32,000 bases of DNA from an uncultured archaeon (GCA_964373795.1 CAYJVY010000003.1:68798-100797), one strand, 5' to 3'; numbered from the stretch's first letter, positions 9,412 to 18,145 are shown. Notes: generated by a model from the letters alone, not told the origin. Numbers and translations: made by a program.

Positions 9412-9480
9412 TAAAAAATTCTTAAAAGAACTAATTTAAATCATTACTAATCTATTTTTTATTCTACATAATTACTTTTG

Positions 9481-12400
9481 TTAGATATTTCTTGGAATTT
9501 TTTTTTGCTCTACTTTTTCTTCTTTTTTTCTTGAATAAAATTTTATTCCTATAATTAAAACAATTAAAATTACTAAAGGGTATAATGCAAGAGGGATTTG
9601 CAAATTTTTCGCATTCTTATTCAAAGAAAGAAGTGAGGTGCCTGCATTTGCATACTTTAATGCATCTAAATATTTTTTTTCTTCCAAGTTTTTTTGAGCT
9701 TCTTCAATTATTTTTTTTGCATCTTCTTTTGGATTTTCTTTTAATAAAAACTCTGCTTGCTTAACTTTACCTATTGCACTATTCTTAATCGAATCTTTTT
9801 TACTTTCTAATTGGCTTTTAATTTCTTGAAGTCTTTTAATTGAATTTTCAATTTCTTTAGCATCTTTTTCATTTGAAGCTATTTCTAAAAATTTGTTTTC
9901 ATTAAAAAGTGATTCAATTTCATTTAACTTGTTAGTATTTATTTTGTTAATGATTTCTTTTGATTCTCTTTTAAAGTAGCTTAATTCTTGCTTGCTTAAA
10001 GGAATATATTTTGCCAATTCATTTAATTCATCTTTACTTAAACCATCGAAAAGATCTTCAAATTCCTGAATTAAGTTTTCAATTTGCCTATTACTTATTA
10101 ATTCATTTAACTGTCTTGCGTTTAAAATAATTTTTTCAGATTTAGATTTTAATTCATTTTTTAAATGATTTTCTAAATTTATTTTTTCTTTTGAAAGCGA
10201 ATTCAATAATTCATTTGCTTCAAAATATTTTTCTTCATTAAACTTGGTTAAAATTTCTTCTTTCATTGAATTAATTTTTTTTTCTTCATTGCTTGGAGGG
10301 TTTTCAAGTTTTGAATTGTTTATTTTTTCAAAAATAGTGTTTAATTCATTTGTTGTGAAAAGATATTTTGCCATTAATTCTTTTTTTATTTTTGGGAAAG
10401 ACTTACTTTGCATTAAACTTTGGATTTCTAAAAGTATTTTCTTTTCTTCAAGAATTTTTTGGTTTAATTCATTTTCTAAAGCTGAGTTAAATTTTTCTTT
10501 TAATTCGTTTAAGTATTGCTTTAATTCAATTGTTTTATCCTTCATATTAGTTTTTTCTAATTCATTTAATTCTTTTTCTAAATAATTAATTTGTTCTAAT
10601 GCTTCTTTTTTTAATGAATTAATTTCAATTAAGCTTTTTTCATAATCTGTATTTTTTTTTGAAAGGTCATTTATCTTTGATTTTAGTTTTTCAAGTTTTG
10701 AGATTTTTTCTTTATTATCTTGAATTTGCATTAACTTATTTAGTTCTTTTAATTCATTTAATGCCTGTTCTTTTACCTCTTTAAAGTCCGATAAAATTAG
10801 TAAATTAACTTCCATTTCAATTTCTTTCTCAACTTTTTCAATTAATTTATCTAAATTTTCAATTTTTTTATATAGTGTTAGAGTTATTTCTTCCTCTTTA
10901 TTCAAGTTATTTAAATTGAATTCAATTTTGTTTGTTGTTTGATTTAATTTAATACTTTTTCCGCTTTCGTTAAATAGCTCTACTGTGATTAGAGTTTCAT
11001 TTAAATTGAATTGATTTAATGAAATAACTGTGTTTTCAATATTTAATGGTAAATTGTTTTTGATCTTTATTTCTTGAACTATTTCAAATTCTTTTTCATT
11101 TAATTTAATAATTTCTTCTTGGGGTAATGACACTTTTATTGGGTTTAATATATAATAGTAAATTGAAATTATTTGATTATCTTTTGGTTTTTCAATTAAA
11201 AAACTTATTTCATTTTCTTTTAACCCGAACGGAATTTTTTTGTTTTCAGAATAAATACTTACTTCATTAAGTAAATCGATTGGTTGAATTAACTCTGTTG
11301 AAACAACTGCTTTTTCTATTTCTCTTAATAGATTTATTTTAATTTCTTTTAAGATTAGCGCTTTTTTTTCACTTGCATTTAAAACAATTGTTTTGATTTC
11401 TGAAACATTTATCTCATTAAATTCTTTCACTGTTAACTCTGTTTGATTTAAGGGCAATTCGTTTAATGTAACCTCAATTTTATTGTTTGAAATGCTGGTT
11501 TTAATTATATTTTGAGTTTTACTTACAATTTCTGTTTCATTTACTTTATTTAATGGAATTGAAATATTTATTTCTTCATTTATCTGTTCATTAAAAGGGT
11601 TTTTTACAACATATTTTGTTAAGACTTCAATTTTTTTATCAGTTTTAAATAACTCGTTTGATAAACTTTGTATTTCTATATTTTCTTCTAAAAATATTTT
11701 TAGTTCTTGAATTAATTCAATTCTTATTTCATTAAATAGTTTAAGTAACTTATTTTTTATTTCAAGTTTGTTTTTAATAATTTCTTCAACTTCATTGCTT
11801 GAAAATAATTCATTGAAATAATTTATTTGAGTTTTAAATTTTAATGCTTTTGAAGTTGAAAGTGTTCCAAGTAATTCTAAATAATGGTTTGTTTTTTTAA
11901 GCAAGTCTTTTAATTCACTTAAATCAAAACTTGAATATGCATAAAACGTAATGTCCTTTTTCAGTTCAATACAATAATTTTTTCCATTAAAATATTCTTT
12001 ATTTTTTTGAATTAATTTTAAGTTATTCAATCTTTCAAAAAATATGTTTTTTATTTCAGGATTTTTTAATAATTCGTTAACTTCATTTAAGCATTTTTCA
12101 AATCCTTCTTTTTCGTTTACTTCAAATTCTGTGAATTGATTTATAGCTTTTTTGAAGAGTTTAAAATCTTCTACTATTGGTTTGCATTGAATTAATTTTT
12201 CTTTTTCAGTTTTCGTTTCATTGAATTTAATTATTTTGCTTGTTAATTTGTTTTTTAATTCAATTACTTCTATTCGGTCAATTTTTTCTTTATTTATTTC
12301 ATTACGGATAAAGTTAGCTCTTGAATTGCATAAATCAATTAATTCATCTGTTAATTCATTTGAGTAAAAAAGAGTTTTATCATTTAATAACTTTAATTCA

Positions 12401-13623
12401 CTGTTAATGTTTTTTAATTCAATTACTTTTTTTCCATTTGAAATATTGTTGAAATAATTCTTGTTTAACAATTTGTTTAACTGTTTTTTTAATTCGTCCA
12501 ATTTTTCAAAATTGTTTTGCTTAAATTGATTTATTTCATTCAACTCAAATTTTTGTGTTTGAATTTCTTTTCCTTCCTGCAATAACGAGATTAGTGAAGA
12601 AATGAATTCTTCATTAAAGCTTTGATAACTATTTGAATCTAATGCATTTAATTGTGTTTGAATTGATTCAATTAAGAACTTGTTTTCATTAATTAACTCA
12701 TTTGTTTTTTCTTTTAAATTTTTCTTATTTTTAGCAATTGTTTTAATTAAATCAATAAATTTTTCAGTAGCGGAATTACTTGGAGAGGCTAATGAATCAA
12801 ATAAACTGAAAAATTCTGATGGATTTGCTTTTCCTAGTAAAATGTTTCCTTGAACTGTTTTATCTAAAAAATTAATTTTATGTACTAATGCAAAAGCTGA
12901 GTTTTTAATTATTGCAGCAAAAGGATTATTCTTTAATAGAATTGAAAAAATTGTGTTATCTATTTCCGCGAACACGTCAATTAAAGTGAATTCTTTTACA
13001 GTTCTAGTTGAATCAATTGCTTGAATTAATTTATTTAATTCATTTGATTTGAAAAAATATAATCCAACAAATGTTTTAGAATTTTTATTTCCATTGAATA
13101 AATCATTTAAATTATTAATTAAGTCTAAATAAGAGTCAAAAATTGGTTCTTCTTTTATTAAATTAATTTCCTGTAATTCAAGTTCTTGAATCTCTAAAAC
13201 AATTATTTCTAATGCAATTAAATTTAATTTATTTAATTCTTCAATTGCTTTATTTAAATATGAAATTGATTCGTTTGCATGAAAGGAAAGATTTGAAACA
13301 AATCTTTGGTTGCATTCTTTGTTTATTTCGTTTAAACTTGTTCTAATCTTGTTAAAATAAAACCAAGAAAATGCCAAAGAATTTTTATACAAACCAATTT
13401 TTTGATTTAATGCTAAGGAAAACTCGCTTAAATCATTTTCAGGCAATAATTCATTAACCTTATTAAAACAGGCTTCTTTTGATTCACAAAAAGGAATGGA
13501 TGTTGAAGGAAAAGAAGTTAAACTCAAACAAACTCTTCTCTGAGAAATACTTAACTCATTTACTGGATCAATGCAGCCAATCAAGAAAAGAAAAGACAGA
13601 AATAAAAAAATCTTTAGCTTCAT
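9481..13623 (-). CDS. Giant (1380 aa) coiled-coil surface protein with an N-terminal lipobox-like signal peptide and a C-terminal TM anchor; function unknown
   Basis: Uninterrupted 4.1-kb ORF. The N-terminus MKLKIFLFLSFLFLIGC resembles a lipoprotein signal (LIGC). Long K/E/N/L/I-rich heptad-like stretches flank a beta-strand-like central part (about aa 670-930). The C-terminus has a hydrophobic helix LALYPLVILIVLIIGIKFY followed by a basic tail. Confidence 0.8.
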   Translation of the reverse strand: MKLKIFLFLSFLFLIGCIDPVNELSISQRRVCLSLTSFPSTSIPFCESKEACFNKVNELLPENDLSEFSLALNQKIGLYKNSLAFSWFYFNKIRTSLNEINKECNQRFVSNLSFHANESISYLNKAIEELNKLNLIALEIIVLEIQELELQEINLIKEEPIFDSYLDLINNLNDLFNGNKNSKTFVGLYFFKSNELNKLIQAIDSTRTVKEFTLIDVFAEIDNTIFSILLKNNPFAAIIKNSAFALVHKINFLDKTVQGNILLGKANPSEFFSLFDSLASPSNSATEKFIDLIKTIAKNKKNLKEKTNELINENKFLIESIQTQLNALDSNSYQSFNEEFISSLISLLQEGKEIQTQKFELNEINQFKQNNFEKLDELKKQLNKLLNKNYFNNISNGKKVIELKNINSELKLLNDKTLFYSNELTDELIDLCNSRANFIRNEINKEKIDRIEVIELKNKLTSKIIKFNETKTEKEKLIQCKPIVEDFKLFKKAINQFTEFEVNEKEGFEKCLNEVNELLKNPEIKNIFFERLNNLKLIQKNKEYFNGKNYCIELKKDITFYAYSSFDLSELKDLLKKTNHYLELLGTLSTSKALKFKTQINYFNELFSSNEVEEIIKNKLEIKNKLLKLFNEIRIELIQELKIFLEENIEIQSLSNELFKTDKKIEVLTKYVVKNPFNEQINEEINISIPLNKVNETEIVSKTQNIIKTSISNNKIEVTLNELPLNQTELTVKEFNEINVSEIKTIVLNASEKKALILKEIKINLLREIEKAVVSTELIQPIDLLNEVSIYSENKKIPFGLKENEISFLIEKPKDNQIISIYYYILNPIKVSLPQEEIIKLNEKEFEIVQEIKIKNNLPLNIENTVISLNQFNLNETLITVELFNESGKSIKLNQTTNKIEFNLNNLNKEEEITLTLYKKIENLDKLIEKVEKEIEMEVNLLILSDFKEVKEQALNELKELNKLMQIQDNKEKISKLEKLKSKINDLSKKNTDYEKSLIEINSLKKEALEQINYLEKELNELEKTNMKDKTIELKQYLNELKEKFNSALENELNQKILEEKKILLEIQSLMQSKSFPKIKKELMAKYLFTTNELNTIFEKINNSKLENPPSNEEKKINSMKEEILTKFNEEKYFEANELLNSLSKEKINLENHLKNELKSKSEKIILNARQLNELISNRQIENLIQEFEDLFDGLSKDELNELAKYIPLSKQELSYFKRESKEIINKINTNKLNEIESLFNENKFLEIASNEKDAKEIENSIKRLQEIKSQLESKKDSIKNSAIGKVKQAEFLLKENPKEDAKKIIEEAQKNLEEKKYLDALKYANAGTSLLSLNKNAKNLQIPLALYPLVILIVLIIGIKFYSRKKEEKVEQKKIPRNI

Positions 13624-13782
13624 AGAAAAAAAGTCAAAGCACGCATTTAAAATAAATTCTTTAAATTCGTTTTTTAACGAACAACTAGTTTTTAAATAAG
13701 GCCTTATAAATTATTTTTGCACATAATTCTTGAAAAACTTCATCGAAAATCATATTAATTAATTTGATTTAATGTTTATCAA

Positions 13783-14313
13783 ATGAAGAGATTATTTTTT
13801 TTATTTTCCTTGATTTTAATTTTGCCTGTGTTTTTTGCACAGCCTATAGAAGATCTTGTAGAAATTAATTCAATGAAGCTAAGCATTGCAGGAAAAGAAT
13901 CAAATGTTTTTGATTTACAGAATGCTTCAAATATTAAAGTAGAACTACAAATTGAAAGTAAAAGTATTGCTTCAAATGGCAATATTTCGTTAAACTTGAT
14001 TTCTTTGGATTCAAAAAATTCTAATGCAATTGGAAGCATTCCCTACAGCTTAGCTGTTAAAGGAAGCACTGGAGACAAAAAAGATATTAACATGCAAATT
14101 AATTTAAGTTCTTTTTCTCAAGGAAGTTATGAATTAAGAGCAGAAATAACTCCTTCTCCACTAGTTGCAGAAGATAAATCAAACAATGTTTTAAGTAAAT
14201 CAATTACTTTAACTAAGTCGAGCAAACCAATTTCAATAAGCGAATTTGACATGCTTTTGCTTCCCTTTATTGCATTAATTTCTCTTGCATTAATTTTTCA
14301 AAATTCACGTTAA
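13783..14313 (+). CDS. Small secreted protein, CARDB-like beta domain, C-terminal TM anchor
   Basis: 176 aa with signal peptide MKRLFFLFSLILILPVFFAQP. The single beta-rich domain ends in an AEDKSNNVLSKSITL pattern reminiscent of CARDB domains. The C-terminal tail is SEFDMLLLPFIALISLALIFQNSR. It is preferred over the antisense ORF 13779-14039. Confidence 0.7.
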   Translation: MKRLFFLFSLILILPVFFAQPIEDLVEINSMKLSIAGKESNVFDLQNASNIKVELQIESKSIASNGNISLNLISLDSKNSNAIGSIPYSLAVKGSTGDKKDINMQINLSSFSQGSYELRAEITPSPLVAEDKSNNVLSKSITLTKSSKPISISEFDMLLLPFIALISLALIFQNSR

Positions 14314-14344
14314 TTTAAAAAACTAATTTAATTAATTCTTTTTT

Positions 14345-14944
14345 ATGCTGTCCTTAGAACAAGGAGAAAAACTAGTTAAAATTGCTAGAAAATCAATAGA
14401 ATTTTTTTCCGTTACTCGAAGAATTGTTACAGATTTAAACGATGAAAAAGAATTCCAAAACCTTTTCCCGGTTTTCATTGCAATAAAAAACCAGCCATCG
14501 AATTCTATTCGAGGAGGAATTGCTTTACTAAATCCATCAATTCCTTTATGGAATGCAGTTATTCAAACAGCAATTAATGCAGCATTTAAGGATCCGCGAT
14601 TTTCAGAAATAAAATCAAACGAATTAAATAAAGTCGTAATTGAAGTAAGCATTTTAACTACTCCTGAAGAACTGCATGGAGATAGAAAAGGTTTTCCAAA
14701 TCAATTAATTGCAGGAATAGATGGCTTGATAATTGAAAAAGGTTCTAAAAAAGTTTTAACCTTGCCAAGTGAAGCACTTGAATTAAATTTGGATTCAAAA
14801 AAATTATTAGAATTGACTTGTAGAAAAGCAAATCTTCTTTCAACTGCTTGGTTTGAATCCAGGACAACTGTTTACAAATTTCAAATGCAAACCTTTAAAG
14901 AAATTCAACCAAAAGGACAAGTAATTGAAGTTACCCAGAACTAA
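14345..14944 (+). CDS. AMMECR1-domain protein
   Basis: 199 aa with AAFKDPRFSEI and VIEVSILTTPEEL blocks typical of AMMECR1. The family signature LRGCIG reads IRGGIA here. The 3' end overlaps the convergent ABC permease gene by 14 nt. Confidence 0.8.
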   Translation: MLSLEQGEKLVKIARKSIEFFSVTRRIVTDLNDEKEFQNLFPVFIAIKNQPSNSIRGGIALLNPSIPLWNAVIQTAINAAFKDPRFSEIKSNELNKVVIEVSILTTPEELHGDRKGFPNQLIAGIDGLIIEKGSKKVLTLPSEALELNLDSKKLLELTCRKANLLSTAWFESRTTVYKFQMQTFKEIQPKGQVIEVTQN

Positions 14945-16901
14945 AAAACATGTTCTTAATAACTGTTGTTGAAAGGAAAAACCCTGACATCATTAAAAGA
15001 GCAATTATTTCAAGCACAGTAAAAATGCTGTAAGAATCCTTAATAAAAATTTCAGTAAACAAATTATTCACTATTGTTAAAGGAAGAATTGAAGTAAACA
15101 ATTTAATTAACGGGGCAATAAAATCTAAAGGAAAAATTATTCCACTTAAAAAAATCATTGGAATAACTAATAACAAAGATCCAAGAATTGCTGTTGACTC
15201 ATTTTTAGTAAAATTAGAAATAAATAACCCTAAAGAAACAAATGTAAGAGCCGCTAAACCAACTCCAATTAATCCAATAAAAATTTTCGTAATAGTAGGA
15301 GTAATCCCAAATCCAATAAAGTCATATCCAAATACTGGAAAAGGTAAATTAATTTTAGTAAAAGCATAAACCAAAATAATTAATGCAATTACAAAAGCAA
15401 TCAATATTTGTCCTAACACTTTTCCAAACACTAATTTTAATTGAGTAGTAGAACTTAACCTCATTCTCAAAAAAGCTCCTTGCTTGTCTTCAGTAATAGC
15501 GGAAAAAGAACTTAAAAGCAAGCAAGTTAAAAGCAATACAATTGACAATACAATTGGAGTTAAAATTCCTAAAACAGTTACATCTTTATACAATAACTGT
15601 TCTTTTACAATTATTGGTTGAGCAATAAATTTTGGATCCCTATCACTTAACTGTTTTAGAATGTTTGAAAAATCCTGAATTAATGTTTTCGAGTCCTGCA
15701 ATCTTAAAGTTAAAGCATCCTTGGAAGTTCTACCATCGCTCACTAAAGCTCTAGTGCTATCAATTGTTTCAGTTAAAGCTCCTGCTTCCTTATTTAAATC
15801 ACTTAAATCGTTTTTAAAAGTATCAATAGTGAATCCTAAAGTTGTTAACCTATTTTTTCCATCCTGAACCCGAATATTTGTGCTAGTTAAAACATTTTGT
15901 AACTCAATTAACTTGTCATCAGCTTGCCTTATTTTGGTTTTCGCATTTCTTAAATCAATTAAAGCTGACTGCACTTTTGCTAAATTCTTATTATTTTCTC
16001 GCTGCAAATCCCTAATAGTGGCTAAAGTATTTGGCTCGTTTTTAAAAGTCTGCTCAGCATTATTTAAAGTATTCCTAATGTCAAGCAAAGTAATTTCAAG
16101 GTCTTCTAAATCAGTAATCGATGAATCAACTTTCCCTTCATAAACAAATAATTCATTTCTAGCATTAGAGGTTTCAGTTTGAAGTTTTTGAACATCGGTT
16201 TCAGTTTTAGTTAAATCCGCTTTAAAATCATTTACAGTTGAATCAACATTTGAAACATTTTGACTTTGAAAATCCAAAATTCTATTAATTTTATCAGCAT
16301 CAATTCTATTAACATTGCTTTCCAATTGATTTAATTTGTCTCCACTTTTATTTAATTCATCTAAATAACCATCAATCTTTCCAACTTCTCCACTTAAATT
16401 TTGATTAACCTGATCAAGTTTTCCAAGCATTAAAGAAATAATTTCCTTAGTAGTGTTAACTTCAATTATTTTAATTACATTCTGAATCTGGCTTTTAATT
16501 ATTTTTGAAGTAGCAAAATTAGAGTTATCCAATAAAACATCAATCTTTATTTGCTCGGCCTTAGTTGCTTTATCGTTAATAACTAATCCAACAAATACAA
16601 ACTGTTTCTTCAAATCATTTTCAACACACTCTCTAGTAGCACATAAAGGCTTTAACACTTCAACTCTAGGATTTTTCTCCAACAAAGAAACAAATTCATT
16701 CACTTGTTCTTGACTTGCGCCTTCAATTTGTTCAGGAACTAAAACCGAAACAGAAACTTTATCCACTCCTTGACTGCTTCCAAAAGCCAATGCAAGAATC
16801 AAAGTAATCAAAATAGGATAAGCAACAATCAACCAAATAGTCATTTTCCTTGTACGAATTAAATCAAATTCCTTTAAAACAATGCTTAAAATTCGCCTCA
16901 T
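14931..16901 (-). CDS. ABC-2 type transporter permease with a large coiled-coil extracytoplasmic insertion (YhgE/Pip-like architecture)
   Basis: 656 aa: one N-terminal TM, about 390 aa of Q/N/D/T/L-rich coiled-coil-like sequence, then a C-terminal 5-TM ABC-2 membrane domain. The start overlaps the ATPase stop by 4 nt (ATGA at 16898-16901). Confidence 0.8.
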   Translation of the reverse strand: MRRILSIVLKEFDLIRTRKMTIWLIVAYPILITLILALAFGSSQGVDKVSVSVLVPEQIEGASQEQVNEFVSLLEKNPRVEVLKPLCATRECVENDLKKQFVFVGLVINDKATKAEQIKIDVLLDNSNFATSKIIKSQIQNVIKIIEVNTTKEIISLMLGKLDQVNQNLSGEVGKIDGYLDELNKSGDKLNQLESNVNRIDADKINRILDFQSQNVSNVDSTVNDFKADLTKTETDVQKLQTETSNARNELFVYEGKVDSSITDLEDLEITLLDIRNTLNNAEQTFKNEPNTLATIRDLQRENNKNLAKVQSALIDLRNAKTKIRQADDKLIELQNVLTSTNIRVQDGKNRLTTLGFTIDTFKNDLSDLNKEAGALTETIDSTRALVSDGRTSKDALTLRLQDSKTLIQDFSNILKQLSDRDPKFIAQPIIVKEQLLYKDVTVLGILTPIVLSIVLLLTCLLLSSFSAITEDKQGAFLRMRLSSTTQLKLVFGKVLGQILIAFVIALIILVYAFTKINLPFPVFGYDFIGFGITPTITKIFIGLIGVGLAALTFVSLGLFISNFTKNESTAILGSLLLVIPMIFLSGIIFPLDFIAPLIKLFTSILPLTIVNNLFTEIFIKDSYSIFTVLEIIALLMMSGFFLSTTVIKNMFFSSG

Positions 16902-17872
16902 GTTTTTTCTCCAGCAGTTTTTTCAAAATCCCTAATCTTCTTTCCAGTCAAATTAATGAATACATCCTCTAATTCTGGTTCACGAATATGAGAAGACTTA
17001 ATTTCATACTTGGATTTTCTAATAAAATCAGTTATCTGAGTAACCTTAGACAAAGAAACCTCTTTCTGAAAAGAAATAATTAATTGATTCCCTAAAATTT
17101 TTCCATCATCAAATCCGACAACTACCTTCAAAGAATCCAAAAGCAATTCATCAAAAGGTTTATCCAAATTCAATATAACAATTTTCTTTCCGCCATATTC
17201 TTGAATTAATTTCTCAGGCGAGCCTTCAACCAAAATCTTTCCCTTGTTCATTATAGCAATTCTATCACACAATTCTTGAGCTTCATCCATGTAATGAGTA
17301 GTTAAAATCATTGACTTTCCATGCTTTTTCAATTCCTTTATTTTATCCCAAAACATTGCTCTAACACTTGGATCTAGTCCAACAGTTGGTTCATCCAAAA
17401 AAATTATTTTCGGATCATGAATCAAAGCCAAACCAATATTAACAAGCCTCTTATACCCTCCAGATAAATGCTCAATTTTTCTTTCCTCAAACTGCTTCAA
17501 ATTCAGCCATTCAAGCAAAAACTCTACTCGTTCAATTAATTTATTATTAGGAATATCATACAACCTGCCAAAAAACAAAAAATTTTGCTTAACAGTAAAC
17601 CCCTGATAACAAGCAATTTCTTGCGGAACAACTCCAATAAATTTATTAAAAAACTTGAAAAAAAATCCAACCTTTTTACCCAAAACATAAATATTCCCAG
17701 AAGAAGGCGAACTCAAACCACAAGCAATTTTAGCCAAAGTAGACTTGCCTGCTCCGTTAGGGCCAAGCAAACCATAAATCTCATTCTCATTTAAATAAAA
17801 ATTAGAACTCTCTAAAGCAACAAACGAGCCAAACTTTTTTGAAACATTTTCAATTCTTAAAACTTCAGTCAT
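16898..17872 (-). CDS. ABC transporter ATP-binding protein (ABC-2/DrrA-like)
   Basis: 324 aa with Walker A GPNGAGKST, signature LSGGYKR, Walker B IIFLDEPT and the H-loop THYMDE. A GGTGA Shine-Dalgarno-like motif lies 4 nt upstream, at the edge of the GC-rich island. Confidence 0.9.
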   Translation of the reverse strand: MTEVLRIENVSKKFGSFVALESSNFYLNENEIYGLLGPNGAGKSTLAKIACGLSSPSSGNIYVLGKKVGFFFKFFNKFIGVVPQEIACYQGFTVKQNFLFFGRLYDIPNNKLIERVEFLLEWLNLKQFEERKIEHLSGGYKRLVNIGLALIHDPKIIFLDEPTVGLDPSVRAMFWDKIKELKKHGKSMILTTHYMDEAQELCDRIAIMNKGKILVEGSPEKLIQEYGGKKIVILNLDKPFDELLLDSLKVVVGFDDGKILGNQLIISFQKEVSLSKVTQITDFIRKSKYEIKSSHIREPELEDVFINLTGKKIRDFEKTAGEKT

Positions 17873-17876
17873 TCTC

Positions 17877-18036
17877 TCACCCGTCGTTCAGCCGTGCAAG
17901 GTTCAGCCCTTGAAGCGCCGTTCAGCCGGCGAGGCTGAGTGCCCACGTGGGCATCGCGCTTGCCGCGCGAGACTACAGCTGAAGGGTCACGTGACCCCTC
18001 GCACTCGACGGGCGTGACCGCGAGCAAGGCTGAACA
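17877..18036 (+). repeat. GC-rich mosaic repeat island, copy A (reference orientation)
   Basis: Hand count gives 102 G+C in 150 nt (68%) for 17881-18030, against 19 in 60 (32%) for 17821-17880. GTTCAGCC occurs three times (17886, 17901, 17920) and its complement GGCTGAAC once (18028). Perfect palindromes are GCCCACGTGGGC (17941-17952) and GGGTCACGTGACCC (17984-17997). There is a hairpin TCGCGC-TTGCC-GCGCGA (17954-17970). A 31-nt block (17943-17973) matches 30739-30769 with 3 mismatches. Confidence 0.8.
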
Positions 18037-18145
18037 CAATGCTTTGCATTGAACAACATTCCAGCTAATTAAATTATTCACGCTAAAAGTGTGAAACAAT
18101 TATGTACTACTTTTACTAAAGCTTATTGTTAACCATGTTTGGAAA

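Noticed and set aside
9412-9480. Replication origin upstream of cdc6
   Set aside because: It is only 69 nt with no repeated dyads, so nothing supports an origin call from sequence alone. It is listed as an open question in the findings.
13666-13681. Small dyad TTCGTT-TTTT-AACGAA in the divergent spacer between the giant protein gene and the CARDB-like gene
   Set aside because: It is a 6-bp AT-rich stem, a single occurrence, and expected by chance in this composition. No support for an operator or RNA structure call.
13779-14039. 86-aa minus-strand ORF overlapping the start of the secreted CARDB-like gene
   Set aside because: The plus-strand ORF is twice as long and has a canonical signal peptide, a beta domain and a C-terminal anchor. 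The minus-strand product has no such features.
17869-18099. 76-aa ORF on the minus strand spanning GC-rich island A
   Set aside because: Its composition (R/A/G/P/C/V-rich) is unlike every credible protein here, which are K/N/I/L/E-rich. It exists only because the GC-rich repeat lacks AT-rich stop codons. The homologous islands do not preserve any reading frame.
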